In this document: positions 10,961 through 22,570 of the stretch, piece after piece | Layout of the letters: every line of letters begins with the position of its first letter | Numbering within the stretch: the stretch's first letter is position 1 | Origin: an uncultured Candidatus Rokubacteria bacterium | Lineage (GTDB): Bacteria > Methylomirabilota > Methylomirabilia > Rokubacteriales > CSP1-6 | Assembly (NCBI GenBank): GCA_963789955.1 | Contig: CAWBMV010000015.1 | Coordinates: forward strand, 96,001 to 160,000 | DNA: 64,000 nucleotides | Direction: 5' to 3' | Position numbers and translations under genes: made by a program | Notes under the pieces: model-generated | Databases searched by the model: none | Seen by the model: only the letters and a program-made list of their open reading frames with translations | Told to the model about the DNA's origin: nothing

Positions 10961-12604
10961 ATGCGCGAGACTGATCCGCGCTCGATCTCCGGCAAGCTGC
11001 CCGCGCCCGATCGCCACGTGCCGCTGGTGGTCGTCGGCGCCGGTGCCGCCGGTGTGGCGGCGGCGATCGAGGCCGCGCGGCGCGGGTGTCGAGGTGGCGC
11101 TGATCGACGAGCACCCCGTCGACAACGACATGATGGCGATGGACGTCCCGCTGTGCTTCGGTCAGCGCATGGACGGCTCGGTCCGCAATCGCGCGCTGAT
11201 GCTCGAGCGCGTGGTGGAGACGAACCCCGATCTGGCGGCCGCGCACGAGGCAGGAGTGGACGTGCAGCTCGGCACCTACGTCTGGGGCGCATTCGTCAAT
11301 GGCCCGGCGGTGCAAGAGCTGCCGGTGCCGATGCTCGGGCTCGCGGACGACCGGCGCTCGTGGCTGCTCGGCTACGACCGCCTGATCGTCGCCGCCGGCG
11401 CCCGCGACGTGCTGCTCGGCTTCCCGGGCTGGGAGCGCGCGGGCACGCTCGGCGCCGGCGGGGCCGCCGCGCTGCTCACGCGATATCGAGCGCTTGCCGC
11501 GCGCCGCATCCTCGTGCTCGGCTCGGGCGCGCTCGGCTTGCAAACAGCGAGCGTCGCGCTCGAGCGAGGCATCGAGGTCGCCGGCATCGTCGAGGTCGAC
11601 GCGCGGGTGCGCGGCGACGCGGCGACGGCGAAGACCCTGGCCGGCCGCGGCGTGCCGTTCTTCGTGTCGCACACCATTCAGGCGGCGCGCGGGCGCACGG
11701 GTGAGATCGAGTCCGCGGTGCTCGTCGCCGTGAATCAGGAGCGGCACGCCCGTCGCGGGCAGCGAGCGTGAGATCGCGTGCGACGCCGTGTGCTGGGCGG
11801 TCGGTCTGGTCCCGAGCGTCGAGCTGCTCCACCTCGTCGGCGCGCGGCTTCGATTCGTCTCCCGGCTCGGCGGCTGGGTGCCCGAAGTCGACGCGCGCAT
11901 GCGGACGAGCGTCCCGACGGTCTTCGCGGCCGGTGACTGCGCCGGATGTCCACGAAGTTATGCTGGCGGCGCCGGACGCCGCGCGGGCCCAGGGCCGACT
12001 GCGCCGGCGCCGCCGCGGCGGAAGCGCTAGGGGCTCGTCCCCGCGGCGCGGCCGACGCCCGGCGTGGCGTCAGCGCGGCACCGGCGCGCGACCGCCGGAC
12101 ATTCAAAGCTACTGGCGGATGTGGCTCGACTCGCTGATCGCCGCCGGCGGCTGGGACGTCGAACGTCTGCCAGTGCGAGGAGGTCACGCGGCGCGAGCTG
12201 GTCGAGACGAAGCCGCCGCGCTACCTCGTGTGGCAATCGCCGCAGATGAACGCGCGCAGCGTCGGCACGCTCCTGCGCGATGGGCCGCTGAACCAGGATC
12301 AGATCAAGCGGCTCACGCGCGCCGGAATGGGGCCGTGCCAGAGCCGGCGCTGCCGCGAGCAGGTCGGGCTGCTGCTCGCGCGGGCGGCGGACACCACGCT
12401 CGATCGCATTCCGCTGCCGACGTTCCGTCCGCCGATCCGGCCGCTGCCGCTCAACGTGCTGTGGCCGGCGGATGAGCCGGCGGCGATGCGCGAGGAGTGG
12501 GTGAGCTGGTTCGGCATTCCCACGCAGTTCAGCCCGCACTGGACGGCCGGCATGGGCGATCGACGAGCCGACGGCGCACACGCGGCTGATCATGAGCGAC
12601 GAGT
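10961..12604 (+). CDS. FAD/NAD(P) oxidoreductase with C-terminal BFD-like [2Fe-2S] domain (OoxA/HcnB-like); frameshifted
   Basis: VVGAGAAG, FPGW, VFAAGDCAG, VCQCEEVT and IKRLTRAGMGPCQSRRC...RPPIRP. End coordinate approximate. Confidence 0.8.
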
Positions 12605-12615
12605 GGAAGGGCACG

Positions 12616-13811
12616 ATGGTAGATCACCGCGGACCGCGGACTTCGTGATCATCGGCGGCGGCGTGCACGGCGCCAGCCTCGCGTTTCACCTCGCGCGCAA
12701 GAAGGCCGGCCGCATTCTGCTGATCGAGAAGAAATTTATCGCGTCCGGCCCGACGGGCCGCTCGACGGCGCTCGTGCGCCGCTTCTACGCGATGGACTTC
12801 TTCACGCGCAGCGCCAGCGCCGCGGCCGACATGTTTCGCCACTGGAAGGACGTCATCGGCGGCGACGGCGATCCCGGCTTCCAGCAGGTCGGGATGCTGG
12901 CGCTCGCCGGCCCGGACAACGCGCCGAACCTGCGCCACAACGCGCTCCAGGCGCAGAAGGTCGGCGCTCGCGTGCAGCTCATCTCACCGTCGGACGTGAA
13001 GGCGCTGGTCCCGGCCGCGAACGTGGACGACATCGCGCTGGCCTCGTACGAAGCGGAATCGGGCTACGCCGATCCGTCCTCGACGGCGAACGCCCTGGCC
13101 AATCGCGCCCGCGAGCTCGGCGCGACACTCGTGCAGTACCGGCAGGTCGACGCGATTCGCACCGCGGGCGAGAAGGTCGTCGGGGTCCGGTCGGAGGGCG
13201 TCGATATCGATTCGCCCGTCGTCGTCAACTGCGCGGGGCTCTGGGCGGACCGGCTCCTGCGCCCGCTCGGCGTCGAGGTCTCGATCAAGCCCGAGCGCCA
13301 TCAGATGTGCTTCTTCCGGCGGCCCTCGGGCTTCGGCGTGCACCCGGCGGTCGCCGACAGCGTGCAGATGACCTACATGCGTCCCGAGCACGGCGATCTC
13401 ACGATCCACGGCAAGCTGGTCTACGACGAGATCGTCGACCCCGATTCGTACAACGAGGGCGCCGATCCGGACCAGATCGTGAAGAACGCGGAGCTGATCG
13501 CCCATCGCTTCCCGGTCATGGAGCACGGCCTGGCCATGGGCGGCTACTCGGGTCTCTACGACGCGACGCCGGATCATCACCCGATCCTGGGCGCGATCAC
13601 GCCGTACGAAGGGTTGTTCGCCGACTTCGGCTGGAGCGGCCACGGGTTCAAGCACTCGCCGCTGATGGGCGACATCATCTCGGACGTGATCCTGCGCGGC
13701 CGCTCGAAGGACTACGACATCACGCCGTTCCGGTGGACGCGCTTCAAGGAGAACGACCTGGTGCCGAGCGCGCGCTGGGCGGCGCCGCCGCACCCGAAGC
13801 ACCGGCTGTGA
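12616..13811 (+). CDS. FAD-dependent oxidoreductase, DAO/sarcosine-oxidase-beta-like
   Basis: FVIIGGGVHG, GPTGRS, SGYADP, DATPDHHPILG and GWSGHGFKHSP. The ORF track fuses it to the previous gene, probably through an indel near 12620. Confidence 0.88.
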
Positions 13812-14669
13812 CTAGTCGGGCCAGCTGTGCAGGAGGTAGAGCGACCTCATGAGTGGGGAGACCTCGTTGAACGATCCGAACCATCGCTCGTAGATCTCCA
13901 CGATCACGCCCGAGCGGTACACCGCGGAGAGCGCCCGGTCGACCTGGATCTGGAAGTTGATGTCCCCGCGCCGCATCATGAGCGCGTACGGCTCGTACGA
14001 GAAGTAGTTGTCGCTCAGCTTGAGCGTCGCGGGATCCTTGGCGGCCGACAGCAGACCCGCGAGCAGGAGATGGTCCGATGCGTACGCGTCGAGTCGGCCT
14101 GCTTCGAGTCCCTGCAAGCCATCTCGGTGCTCGGACACGTTGACGATCTGAGGCTTGACCGACAGCGTCGCGATCGCAGTCGCCAGACTCTTCTCGGTGG
14201 TGGTGTTCGGAATCACCCCGACGCGCTTGCCGTTCAGATCCTTCACCCCTCGAATCCCCGAGCTCGCGGTGGCCAGGATGCTGCCGCCGTCCACGAAGGT
14301 CATGTGACTGAAGGCCACCTGCCGCATGCGGTCGAACGTGACCGTCGTCGATCCACACTCGAGGTCGATGGTGTTGTTCGCGACCTTCGTGCCACGATCG
14401 GCCGGCGTCACGGCCACCCAGCTCAACTTGAGATCGCGGAGCCTGAGCGCCTGCTTGAGGACCGCCGCAACCTGGCGGCACAGATCCACCGAGTAGCCGG
14501 CAGGCTGACCGTCGGTGCCGAGGAACGAGAATGGCCGGGACGCCTCGCGATACCCGAGCTGGATGACGCCCTTGTCCCGGATCTTGTCGAGGGTTTCTTC
14601 GGCCATTGTCGGCCTCGTGAAGGCCAACAGAAGGAGACTCGCCGCCAGTACATATCTCAAGGAACGCAC
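13812..14669 (-). CDS. Amino-acid ABC transporter substrate-binding protein (GltI-like)
   Basis: Signal peptide, then TLDKIRDKGVIQLGYREASRPFSF, GYSVDLC, IDLECGSTT and SYEPYALMMRRGD. Confidence 0.9.
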   Translation of the reverse strand: MRSLRYVLAASLLLLAFTRPTMAEETLDKIRDKGVIQLGYREASRPFSFLGTDGQPAGYSVDLCRQVAAVLKQALRLRDLKLSWVAVTPADRGTKVANNTIDLECGSTTVTFDRMRQVAFSHMTFVDGGSILATASSGIRGVKDLNGKRVGVIPNTTTEKSLATAIATLSVKPQIVNVSEHRDGLQGLEAGRLDAYASDHLLLAGLLSAAKDPATLKLSDNYFSYEPYALMMRRGDINFQIQVDRALSAVYRSGVIVEIYERWFGSFNEVSPLMRSLYLLHSWPD

Positions 14670-14710
14670 CGACAGCACCCTAGCACGAACTCGTCGAGCG
14701 CGCTCGCGCG

Positions 14711-16237
14711 TCAGACGCGGCTGTTGAGCACGTAGAACGGCTGCGTCTCGCCGCCCAGCCAGTCCCCGTACCAGCGCTGATAGTAGGGCTTCAGACGCTG
14801 GAGCATGGCCGCGCGCTGCCGTTGCTCGTCGCCGACCGTCTTGGCGGCGCCGCGGATCTCCCGATGGAGCGCGGGGACGTCGATCGTGAGAAATCGGCGG
14901 TCCTCCATGACGATGCGGCCGCCCACGACGGCCGTCGCCACGTCGTCGCCCATCGCGCGGTGAAGGAAGGCCTCGACGATGTCGAGGTCGTCGGTGAGCC
15001 AGGGGTCGTCGAGCACGCGATCGAGATCGACCAGGATCGCGTCCGCCTTCAGACCCGGCGTCAGCGCGCCGAGGCGACCGGCGAAGCCGAGCGCGCGCGC
15101 GCCGTTGAGGGTGCCCATGGCGAGCACCTCGCGCGCGGACAGCGGCGGCGTGGTCAGGTCGTAGCTCGGTACGCGATGGAGCTTGTGGAGCATGCGCAGC
15201 TCCATCACCGCATCCTCGTCGTCGTTGATGGTCTTGTCGTCGAGGCCCATGGCCACGTTGACGCCGCGCCGGGCCATCTCGTACACCGGGGCCAGCCCGT
15301 TGCGCATGCCCAGGTTGCAGCTTGGATGGCTGGTGACGGACGCGCGGCGCGCGGCCAGGATGTCGATGTCGCGATCGGTGACCCAGATGGCGTGCCCCAG
15401 GGCGACGTGCTCGTCGATCAGGCCGCGCTCGTCGAGCCACGCCACCGCCGTCTGGCCGTAGCGGCGCAGCGAGAAGGCCTTCTGGATGGGCGTCTGCAGA
15501 CAGTGCATGTGGATGGGCACCTTGCCCAGCCGATCGGACGTCTCGCGCGTGCGGGCGAGGAACGACTCCGTCACTGCCTGCGCCCAGCTCGGGCTCAAGA
15601 GGATCCGCGTGTCGCTCGAGTTGAACTTTCGGTAGAGGTGATCGAAGAGATCGAAGTAGTCGCGCTCCATGCCCGCGCTGTCCAGGTCGACGAGCGGCGC
15701 GGCGAAGGCGCGCAGATCGGCGGGCAGGGTGGCGAGAAAGGCCTGGGAGTCGAGCACCAGCTTGTCGACGTTGCGGACGCCCGGGGAGAACGCCAGGCGG
15801 ATACCGCCCTCGAGATAGGTGCGGATCGCGCGCTCGCAGTGATCGAGGGCCCGCGGCCCCTCCGTATCGAAGCCCATGTGATGGATGGTCGTGCAGCCGC
15901 TCCGTACGTGACGCACCACCCCGAGGGCCGCCGTGAGCTCAGGGTCGAAGGGCGGCATGATCGCCCAGTCGAGAAGGTTGTTCTCGAGATAGTCGTTGAG
16001 CACACCCTTCTGCACCGGCGAGATCGCGCGGCCGTGGCTATGCGCATCGACGAGCCCGGGTAACAGGAGCTGCCGGCCGTTGCCGACCACGCGGGCCTCG
16101 GGGTGCGCGCGCCGCAGTGCGTCCCAGTCGCCGATTTCGGCCACGGTGTCGCCGGTGACCCGGACCGCGGCGTCCGTGACGACTCGCGGCTCCGTCGCGC
16201 TCGTGAGCACGTACTTTCCGCGCAGCAATAGTTCCAT
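14711..16237 (-). CDS. Amidohydrolase family protein (deaminase/chlorohydrolase-like)
   Basis: PGLVDAHSH, IHMHCLQT, LGHAIW, SHPSCN, MGLDD and G..AD motifs. Confidence 0.92.
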   Translation of the reverse strand: MELLLRGKYVLTSATEPRVVTDAAVRVTGDTVAEIGDWDALRRAHPEARVVGNGRQLLLPGLVDAHSHGRAISPVQKGVLNDYLENNLLDWAIMPPFDPELTAALGVVRHVRSGCTTIHHMGFDTEGPRALDHCERAIRTYLEGGIRLAFSPGVRNVDKLVLDSQAFLATLPADLRAFAAPLVDLDSAGMERDYFDLFDHLYRKFNSSDTRILLSPSWAQAVTESFLARTRETSDRLGKVPIHMHCLQTPIQKAFSLRRYGQTAVAWLDERGLIDEHVALGHAIWVTDRDIDILAARRASVTSHPSCNLGMRNGLAPVYEMARRGVNVAMGLDDKTINDDEDAVMELRMLHKLHRVPSYDLTTPPLSAREVLAMGTLNGARALGFAGRLGALTPGLKADAILVDLDRVLDDPWLTDDLDIVEAFLHRAMGDDVATAVVGGRIVMEDRRFLTIDVPALHREIRGAAKTVGDEQRQRAAMLQRLKPYYQRWYGDWLGGETQPFYVLNSRV

Positions 16238-16282
16238 GGTGACGACCTCTCGTTCGCGCTCGCTACGGCGGCGCGTGCCCGC

Positions 16283-16310
16283 ACTCTATCGTGATCACCC
16301 GGCTTGTCAA
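16283..16310 (-). promoter_or_regulatory. Sigma70-type promoter for the amidohydrolase
   Basis: Minus strand TTGACA-16 nt-TAGAGT. Confidence 0.55.
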
Positions 16311-16525
16311 CGGCGGCGGGCTACCGGGCGCGCGAGCAATCCACATGTTCACGGCTGTCCACATCATGAAAATGTGACGGGCCGGCGCGGGCTGCGCCGG
16401 GACGTGGCCGCGACGGCCTCGGTTCTGGCGGCTTCGGTGGGCGCTCGACGTGGATTGCCGCAGAATCAGCGATCCGCCGCGTCGCAACCGCCCCGGAGCC
16501 GCTCAGGATGCGGTCGAACGCGTTG

Positions 16526-16554
16526 TTGACGCGGCACGCCGCGCGGCCCACTGT
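16526..16554 (+). promoter_or_regulatory. Sigma70-type promoter for the DksA/TraR gene
   Basis: TTGACG-17 nt-CACTGT, then AGGAGG SD before ATG 16592. Confidence 0.55.
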
Positions 16555-16591
16555 CGGCGCGATTCACGACATCCTCCTCAGGAGGTGCGGT

Positions 16592-17026
16592 ATGCGAGAT
16601 CAAACCACCGAGGGCCAGCTCCGCCGGGAGCTCGATCTGATTCTCGTCCGTCTCGAGCGGCACGAGGGGGCGGCCCAGAACGACGCGCGCACAGAAAGCA
16701 CCCGTCTGGTCGGTGACATGTTCGCGGATGCGCAGGTGATGGCGTCGCGGACCCTCGATGCGCTGGGCTACGAGCGTTTGTCCCGGCGGGCCAGGGAGCT
16801 GACGAACGCGCTCGAGCGTGTGCGCGACGGTAGCTACGGGACCTGCGAGGAATGCGGCGGCACGATCCCGGCTGCTCGGCGGCGCGCCTTGCCCGGCGTC
16901 ACGACGTGCGTGCAATGCCAGGAGCGCGGTGAGCGGGAGCGTCGGGGGCCGGAGCCGACCGAATCGATCGTGCGTCGACCGCGGCCGCGGCCCAAGAACG
17001 GCCGGCGGGACGAGGCGAGGACTTGA
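16592..17026 (+). CDS. TraR/DksA C4-type zinc finger protein
   Basis: ALERVRDGSYGTCEECGGTIPAARRRALPGVTTCVQCQE. Confidence 0.9.
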   Translation: MRDQTTEGQLRRELDLILVRLERHEGAAQNDARTESTRLVGDMFADAQVMASRTLDALGYERLSRRARELTNALERVRDGSYGTCEECGGTIPAARRRALPGVTTCVQCQERGERERRGPEPTESIVRRPRPRPKNGRRDEART

Positions 17027-17055
17027 TCGCGTAGCAGTGGTAGCGTAGCGGCGTC

Positions 17056-19023
17056 ATGGCGCCCGAGCTTCGCTCGCTGTTCTCGCCGGTCCAGGTCGGC
17101 CGTCTCACCTTGAAGAACCGGATCTACTCGTCGGGCCACGCCGAGGCGATGGCCGAGAGCGGGCGGCCCGGGGATCGGCTCACGCGCTATCACGAGGCGA
17201 AGGCGCGCGGCGGCTGCGCGCTCACGATCTTCGGCGGCTCCTCGAGCGTGCATCCCTCGTCGCCGGCCGCGGCGTGGAAGCAGATCGCCAATCACGACGA
17301 CTCCATCATCCCGGCGTACCGCGCGCTCGCCGACGCGGTTCACGCGCACGGATGTCTGGTGTTCACCCAGCTCACTCACATGGGTCGCCGGGCGCAGGCC
17401 GACGGTGAGGAGGCGGACGTGCTTCTGGCGCCCTCCCAGATTCCCGAGCGCGTGCATCGGGACGTGCCGCACGAGCTGGAAGCGGAGCAGATCGCCGAGC
17501 TCGTCCGCGCGTTCGGCGAGGCGGCGCGCCGGTGCCGAGAGGGCGGGCTCGATGGGATCGAGCTCTCGATGGCGCACAACCATCTGATCGATCAGTTCTG
17601 GTCGCCGCTCTTCAACCAGCGGCTCGACGACTACGGCGGAAGCCTCGAGAACCGCCTGCGCTTCGGCTTCGAAGTGCTGCAGGAGACCCGGCGCCGCGTC
17701 GGGCGCGACTTCGTCGTGGGCGCCCGCATCTCGGGGGACGAGTTCACGCGGGGTGGCCTCAGCGCGGCCGACATGGCGGAGATCGCCCGCCGCCTTGCCA
17801 CGTCGGGCCTGGTCGACTTCCTGTCGATCATCGGCGGCGGCGCTCACACCTACGAGCTGCAGGCGGCGGCTGTGCCGAACATGAGCTATACGACCGGAGT
17901 CTTCCTGCCGCTGGCGGCGGCCATCAAGCAGGCCGTGCCCGGCGTGCCGATCTTCCACGCGAGCCGTATCGTCGACCCGGTCCACGCCGACCGCACCGTG
18001 GCCACCGGGCAGATCGACGTCGTCGGAATGACCCGCGCGCTGATCGCCGATCCCGACCTTCCCAAGAAAGCGCGCGACGGACGACTCGACGACATCCGTA
18101 CGTGCGTGGGAGCGAACGAGGGCTGTATCGATCGGATCTACCAGGGCAAGCCTGTGACGTGCGTCCAGAATCCGGCCACCGGCCGCGAGCGTGAGCTCGC
18201 CGACGTCCATCCCGCGAAAACACCCAAGAAGGTCGTGGTGGTCGGCGGCGGCGTGGCCGGGCTGGAGGCGGCGCGAATGGCGGCGGTCCGGGCCCATCGC
18301 GTCGTGCTGTTCGAAAAGACGGCCGAGCTGGGCGGTCAGGTATTGCTCGCGGCTCGGGCGCCCGCACGCGCCGAGTACGCGGGCATCGTGCGGTTTCTCG
18401 CCGCCCAGGTCCGCAAGCTCGCGATCGACGTGCGGCTCGCGGTCGAGGCGACGGCGTCGGCGGTGCTGGCGGAGCGCCCCGATACCGTGGTCGTCGCGAC
18501 CGGATCGCATCCTTTCGTGCCGCCGGTGCCGGGCAGCGACGGCAAGCACGTCGTGACGGATCGCGACGTGTTGTCCGGTGAAGCCAAGGTGGGGGCGAAC
18601 GTGATCGTGGTCGACGACGTACACACGCAACAGGCGCTCTCGACCGCCGAGCTGCTCCTCGCGCAGGGCAAGCGGGTCGAAGTGATCTCACCGCTCTTCT
18701 ACGTGGGCCAGGACATCGGCGTGACCTCGATCGCGCCGCTCTACAAACGGCTGTTCACCGCCGGCGCGGTCCTCACACCGGGCACCGAGCTCCGCGCCGT
18801 CGAGGGCTCGGCCGTGATCGTCGCGAACGTCTACTCGAGCGTCGAGCGGCGCATCGAGGGCGTGGACACGGTCGTGCTGTCAGCCGGGAGTCGCTCGACC
18901 GACAGCCTCTATCGTGCGCTCAAGGGCCGAGTCGCGGAGCTCTACGCGGTGGGCGACTGCGTCGCGCCGCGCGGGGTCCACCAGGCGATCCTCGACGCCA
19001 CTCGGGTGGCACGCGCGATCTGA
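17056..19023 (+). CDS. NADH:flavin oxidoreductase (OYE + 4Fe-4S + FAD; N-methylproline/dimethylglycine demethylase-like)
   Basis: LKNRIYSSGH, QLTHMGRR, DYGGSLENRLRF, RALIADP, CVGANEGC...C.QNP and GGGVAGLEAA. Confidence 0.9.
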   Translation: MAPELRSLFSPVQVGRLTLKNRIYSSGHAEAMAESGRPGDRLTRYHEAKARGGCALTIFGGSSSVHPSSPAAAWKQIANHDDSIIPAYRALADAVHAHGCLVFTQLTHMGRRAQADGEEADVLLAPSQIPERVHRDVPHELEAEQIAELVRAFGEAARRCREGGLDGIELSMAHNHLIDQFWSPLFNQRLDDYGGSLENRLRFGFEVLQETRRRVGRDFVVGARISGDEFTRGGLSAADMAEIARRLATSGLVDFLSIIGGGAHTYELQAAAVPNMSYTTGVFLPLAAAIKQAVPGVPIFHASRIVDPVHADRTVATGQIDVVGMTRALIADPDLPKKARDGRLDDIRTCVGANEGCIDRIYQGKPVTCVQNPATGRERELADVHPAKTPKKVVVVGGGVAGLEAARMAAVRAHRVVLFEKTAELGGQVLLAARAPARAEYAGIVRFLAAQVRKLAIDVRLAVEATASAVLAERPDTVVVATGSHPFVPPVPGSDGKHVVTDRDVLSGEAKVGANVIVVDDVHTQQALSTAELLLAQGKRVEVISPLFYVGQDIGVTSIAPLYKRLFTAGAVLTPGTELRAVEGSAVIVANVYSSVERRIEGVDTVVLSAGSRSTDSLYRALKGRVAELYAVGDCVAPRGVHQAILDATRVARAI

Positions 19024-19031
19024 CGGCGAGG

Positions 19032-19071
19032 CGCGACCGCCGCCGCACACTCCATCGCGGCGGCGGTCGCG
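19032..19071. terminator. 15-bp GC hairpin between convergent genes
   Basis: CGCGACCGCCGCCGC (19032-46) / GCGGCGGCGGTCGCG (19057-71) perfect inverted repeat. Confidence 0.7.
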
Positions 19072-19095
19072 AACGCTGTCACGCGCAGGTGGCGC

Positions 19096-19470
19096 TCACA
19101 CCGTCGCCAGTGCCGGAGCTTCGCCGAAGAAGCCGGTGATGCGCTCCAGCCGGCCGTCCGCCGCGAGGGCCCCGATGTCGATGCCCGCGACCACCACGGC
19201 CCCATCCGGAGCCACCAGGTCCCAGGCGAAACGAAGCTGATCGTGATGCGAGTCGACGCCGCTGCGCCGGCGGAAGCGGTGACCGGGAAACTTGGCCTGC
19301 ACGCCCGCCACCATCTCGCCGAGAGCGCCGTGGCCCTTGGCCTCCAGCATCGGGTCGGCGTAGCGGCCGTCGCCCACCCAGGCTTGCTCGATGAGCCGAG
19401 CGCGGCGCTTCGGGTCGGTCTCGTTCCACATCGCGAGATACGTGTCGACGATCGTCGTGGCGTCACCCAT
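19096..19470 (-). CDS. SnoaL/NTF2-like protein
   Basis: YLAMWNETD...YADP...[11 protein letters not shown]...LRFAW...ITGFFG; GAGG SD. Confidence 0.88.
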   Translation of the reverse strand: MGDATTIVDTYLAMWNETDPKRRARLIEQAWVGDGRYADPMLEAKGHGALGEMVAGVQAKFPGHRFRRRSGVDSHHDQLRFAWDLVAPDGAVVVAGIDIGALAADGRLERITGFFGEAPALATV

Positions 19471-19539
19471 GTCGGACCTCCTCGATGAATTGGACTGCGC
19501 TGCTGCCCTCAGCCTCATCGAGGTGTCGTCGAGCCGCAA

Positions 19540-21610
19540 TTACGTGCGAGGTAACGCCTTCGTGGCCATCGCCTCGTAGAGACGCTCCTGCGAGCGGAGG
19601 CGGGCTGCCTGTGCCGCACGAATACGCGCGGAGCTTCCGTCGGGCAGGATGCGCCGCGCCTTCACCGTGTCGGCGAGCTGGATCTCGAGGATCTCGCGGA
19701 CCTGGGCCTGGAGGTCGGGGTCGAGCACCGGGAAGGCGATCTCGACACGGCGGTCGAGGTTGCGCGGCATCCAGTCCGCGGAGGCCAGCAGGTATTCCGG
19801 GTCCCCAGCGTTCTCGAAGTAGAAGATCCGCGCGTGCTCGAGGAAGCGGTCGACGATCGAGATGACGCGGATGTTGTCCGAGAGCCCGGGCACCTCCGGG
19901 GCGCAGGCAGCAGATGCCGCGCACGATCAGGTCGATCCGCACGCCCGCCCCGCTGGCCTCGTACAGCTCCTCGATCAGGCGGCGATCCGCGAGCCCGTTC
20001 ATCTTCGCGATGATCCGCGCGGGCCGCCCGGCCCGGGCGTGGCTCGCCTCGCGGCGGATCCGCTCGACCAGCCCGTCGCGCAGATCGCTCGGGCGCCAGC
20101 AGGAGGTGGTGGAAGCCGTGCGGGCGCGTGTAGCCGGTCAGCAGGTTGAACAGCTCGGTCAGGTCCTCGCCGAACGACTCGCGGCTCGTGAAGAGCCCGA
20201 GGTCCTCGTAGACGCCGCCCGTCCGGACGTTGTAGTTGCCGGTGGCGAGATGGCAGTAGCGCCGGATGCCGTCGGCCTCCTGGCGCACGACGAGGCACGC
20301 CTTGCAGTGGGTCTTGAAGCCGGCGACGCCGTAGACGACGTGCGCGCCCACTTCTTCGAGCGCGCGCGCCCAGCGGATGTTCGCCTCCTCGTCGAAGCGC
20401 GCCTGCAGCTCCACGAGGACGGCGACCTCCTTGCCGTTCTCGACGGCCGTCCGCAGCGCGTGCGCGATGGGCGAGGCCGGGCTCACGCGGTAGAGCGTCA
20501 TCTTGATGGCGAGCACCTTGGGATCGACGGCGGCCTCGCGCACGAAGCGCGTGACGGCGTCGAACGTGTGGTACGGGTGGTGCACGAGGACGTCCCGCGC
20601 GCGGATCGCGCTCCAGATATCGGGCGCGCTCTCGAAGGCGGGGACGGGGTGCGGCGGCAGCGGCCGGTCCTTGAGCCGCGGCACGTCCGACCGCCGCGTA
20701 GAGCTGGAACAGATCCGAGAAGGCCGTGAAGCCCTCGCCCTCGTAGAGGTCCTCGGGCGAGAGCTCCAGCTCGTCGAGCAGCGTGCGCCAGGATGTCGGG
20801 CGGCAGATCGCGCGTCGTACTGCAGCCGCACGGCCGTGCCGAGGCGGCGCTCGCGCAGGCTCTCCTCGATGCTGGCGAGCAGATCCTCGGGACGGCCCGG
20901 CGGCTGCAGGTCCGCGTCGCGCGTGACGCGGATGGCGTGGCTCGACAGGATGTCGTACCCGTTGTAGATGCTCGGCAGGTGGAGGCGGATCACGTCCTCG
21001 AGCAGCATGAAGACGTGCTTGCCGGCGGGATCGGGCAGCGCGACGAAGCGCGGCAGCACCTGGCTCGGGATGTGGATGACCGAGAGCGCGCTGTGCGGCA
21101 GCGCCGAGGGCGCCGACGGCCGGATGGAGGCCACGAGGCAGAGCGAGCGGTTGCCGAGGTACGGGAACGGGATGCCCGGGGTCGACGGCCAGCGGCGTCA
21201 GCACGGGCAGGAGCGTGCGGCGGAAGTACTCCTCGAGGAAGCGCTGCTGCTCCTCGCTGGTCTCCTTGGGGCGGAGCAGGAGGATGCCCTCGGCGGCGAG
21301 CAGCGGCTGGATCTCCTCGAGGAAGCAGCGGTGCTGCTCGTCGACCAGCTCGTGGACGCGCGCGGCCACGGCGGCCATGCGTCTCCGCGGGCGTGAGCCC
21401 GTCGGGCCCCGCCGCCTGGTCGCCCGAGCTGATGCGCCGCTTCAGCGTCGCCACGCGCACCATGAAGAACTCGTCCAGGTTCGAGCTGAAGATGGCGAGG
21501 AACTTCACGCGCTCGAGCAGCGGCACGCTCGGGTCCTGCGCCTCCTCGAGCACGCGCCGGTTGAATTCGAGCCACGACAGCTCGCGATTGACGAACGCGT
21601 CCGTGTCCAT
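19540..21610 (-). CDS. ppk1: Polyphosphate kinase 1; frameshifted
   Basis: [60 protein letters not shown] and [14 protein letters not shown]. Confidence 0.95.
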
Positions 21611-21611
21611 G

Positions 21612-22538
21612 TCAGCCTCGACCGTTGAACGTTTCGTGAAGGAGCAGGCCGTCGCGCACGCCGCGCGTACAGACCGACGAGCGTCAGGTAGCCGCCGAAG
21701 ACCATGGCCTCCTCGATCACGATGGCCCCGGCCAGGATGATGTCGGCGCGCTCGGCCTTGAGCCCGCGGATCTTCCGGCGCTTCCGCTGGGAGAGGCTCT
21801 TCCAGGCGCTCGCGGATCGCCGTGACGTCGGACTGCAGCAGCCGCAGCCCGTGGCGGTGCTTGCGCTCCCCGCGGTGCGCCCGGAGGTGAATGCTGGCCA
21901 GCGTGCGGACGGTGCCGCCCATGCCCACCATGACCTCGCCGCGGCCGGCCGGCGGCAGGACGCCCAGGAGCTGCTCGCGGACCTCGCGTGCGCAGGGCCT
22001 GCAGCTCGCGCGGCTTGGGCCGGTTCGTGGCGCAGGAAGCGGCTGGTGGTCCGCACCGCGCCGAGCGGAAGGCTCGCGATGGAGACGACCTTGCGGTCCC
22101 GCACCCGGCTGAGCTGCAGGCTCGCGCCGCCCAGGTCCGCGACGACGCCGTCCCTGAAGGGCAGGCTCTCGAGCGCGGCGTAGACGCCGAAGCCGCGCCT
22201 CGTCCCGCGCGCTCAGGACCTGCACGTCGATGCCCTCCTTGCGGCGAAGCGGCTCGAGCAGCCGCTCGCGGTTGCGCGGCGTCCCGGACGGCCGACGTCG
22301 CCACCGCGACGACGCGCGGGCCCCAGCCGTTCGGGGAGTACCGCGAGAAGAAGCTGGTGCACGGCCCGGAGCGTCTCGTCGATGGCCTCGCGGGCAGGAT
22401 GCCGGGCGGCCCGCCGCCCAGCCGGGTCGGCACTCGCTCTTCGACCAGCACGCGGTAGCCGGAGTTCGGGCGATCCGTGGCGAGCAGGAAGCGGACGGCC
22501 GTCGAGCCCAGGTCGACGACCGCGACCAGCTCCGCCAT
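21612..22538 (-). CDS. ppx: Ppx/GppA family exopolyphosphatase; frameshifted
   Basis: [45 protein letters not shown] and ERADIILAG. Confidence 0.88.
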
Positions 22539-22570
22539 CCTGGGCGGGCTTCCGCCGCCGTCGCATCGGG

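Noticed and set aside
12228..13811. Apparent BFD-DAO fusion protein in the ORF track
   Set aside because: A separate ATG with a purine-rich SD sits at 12616; the fusion is explained by an indel.
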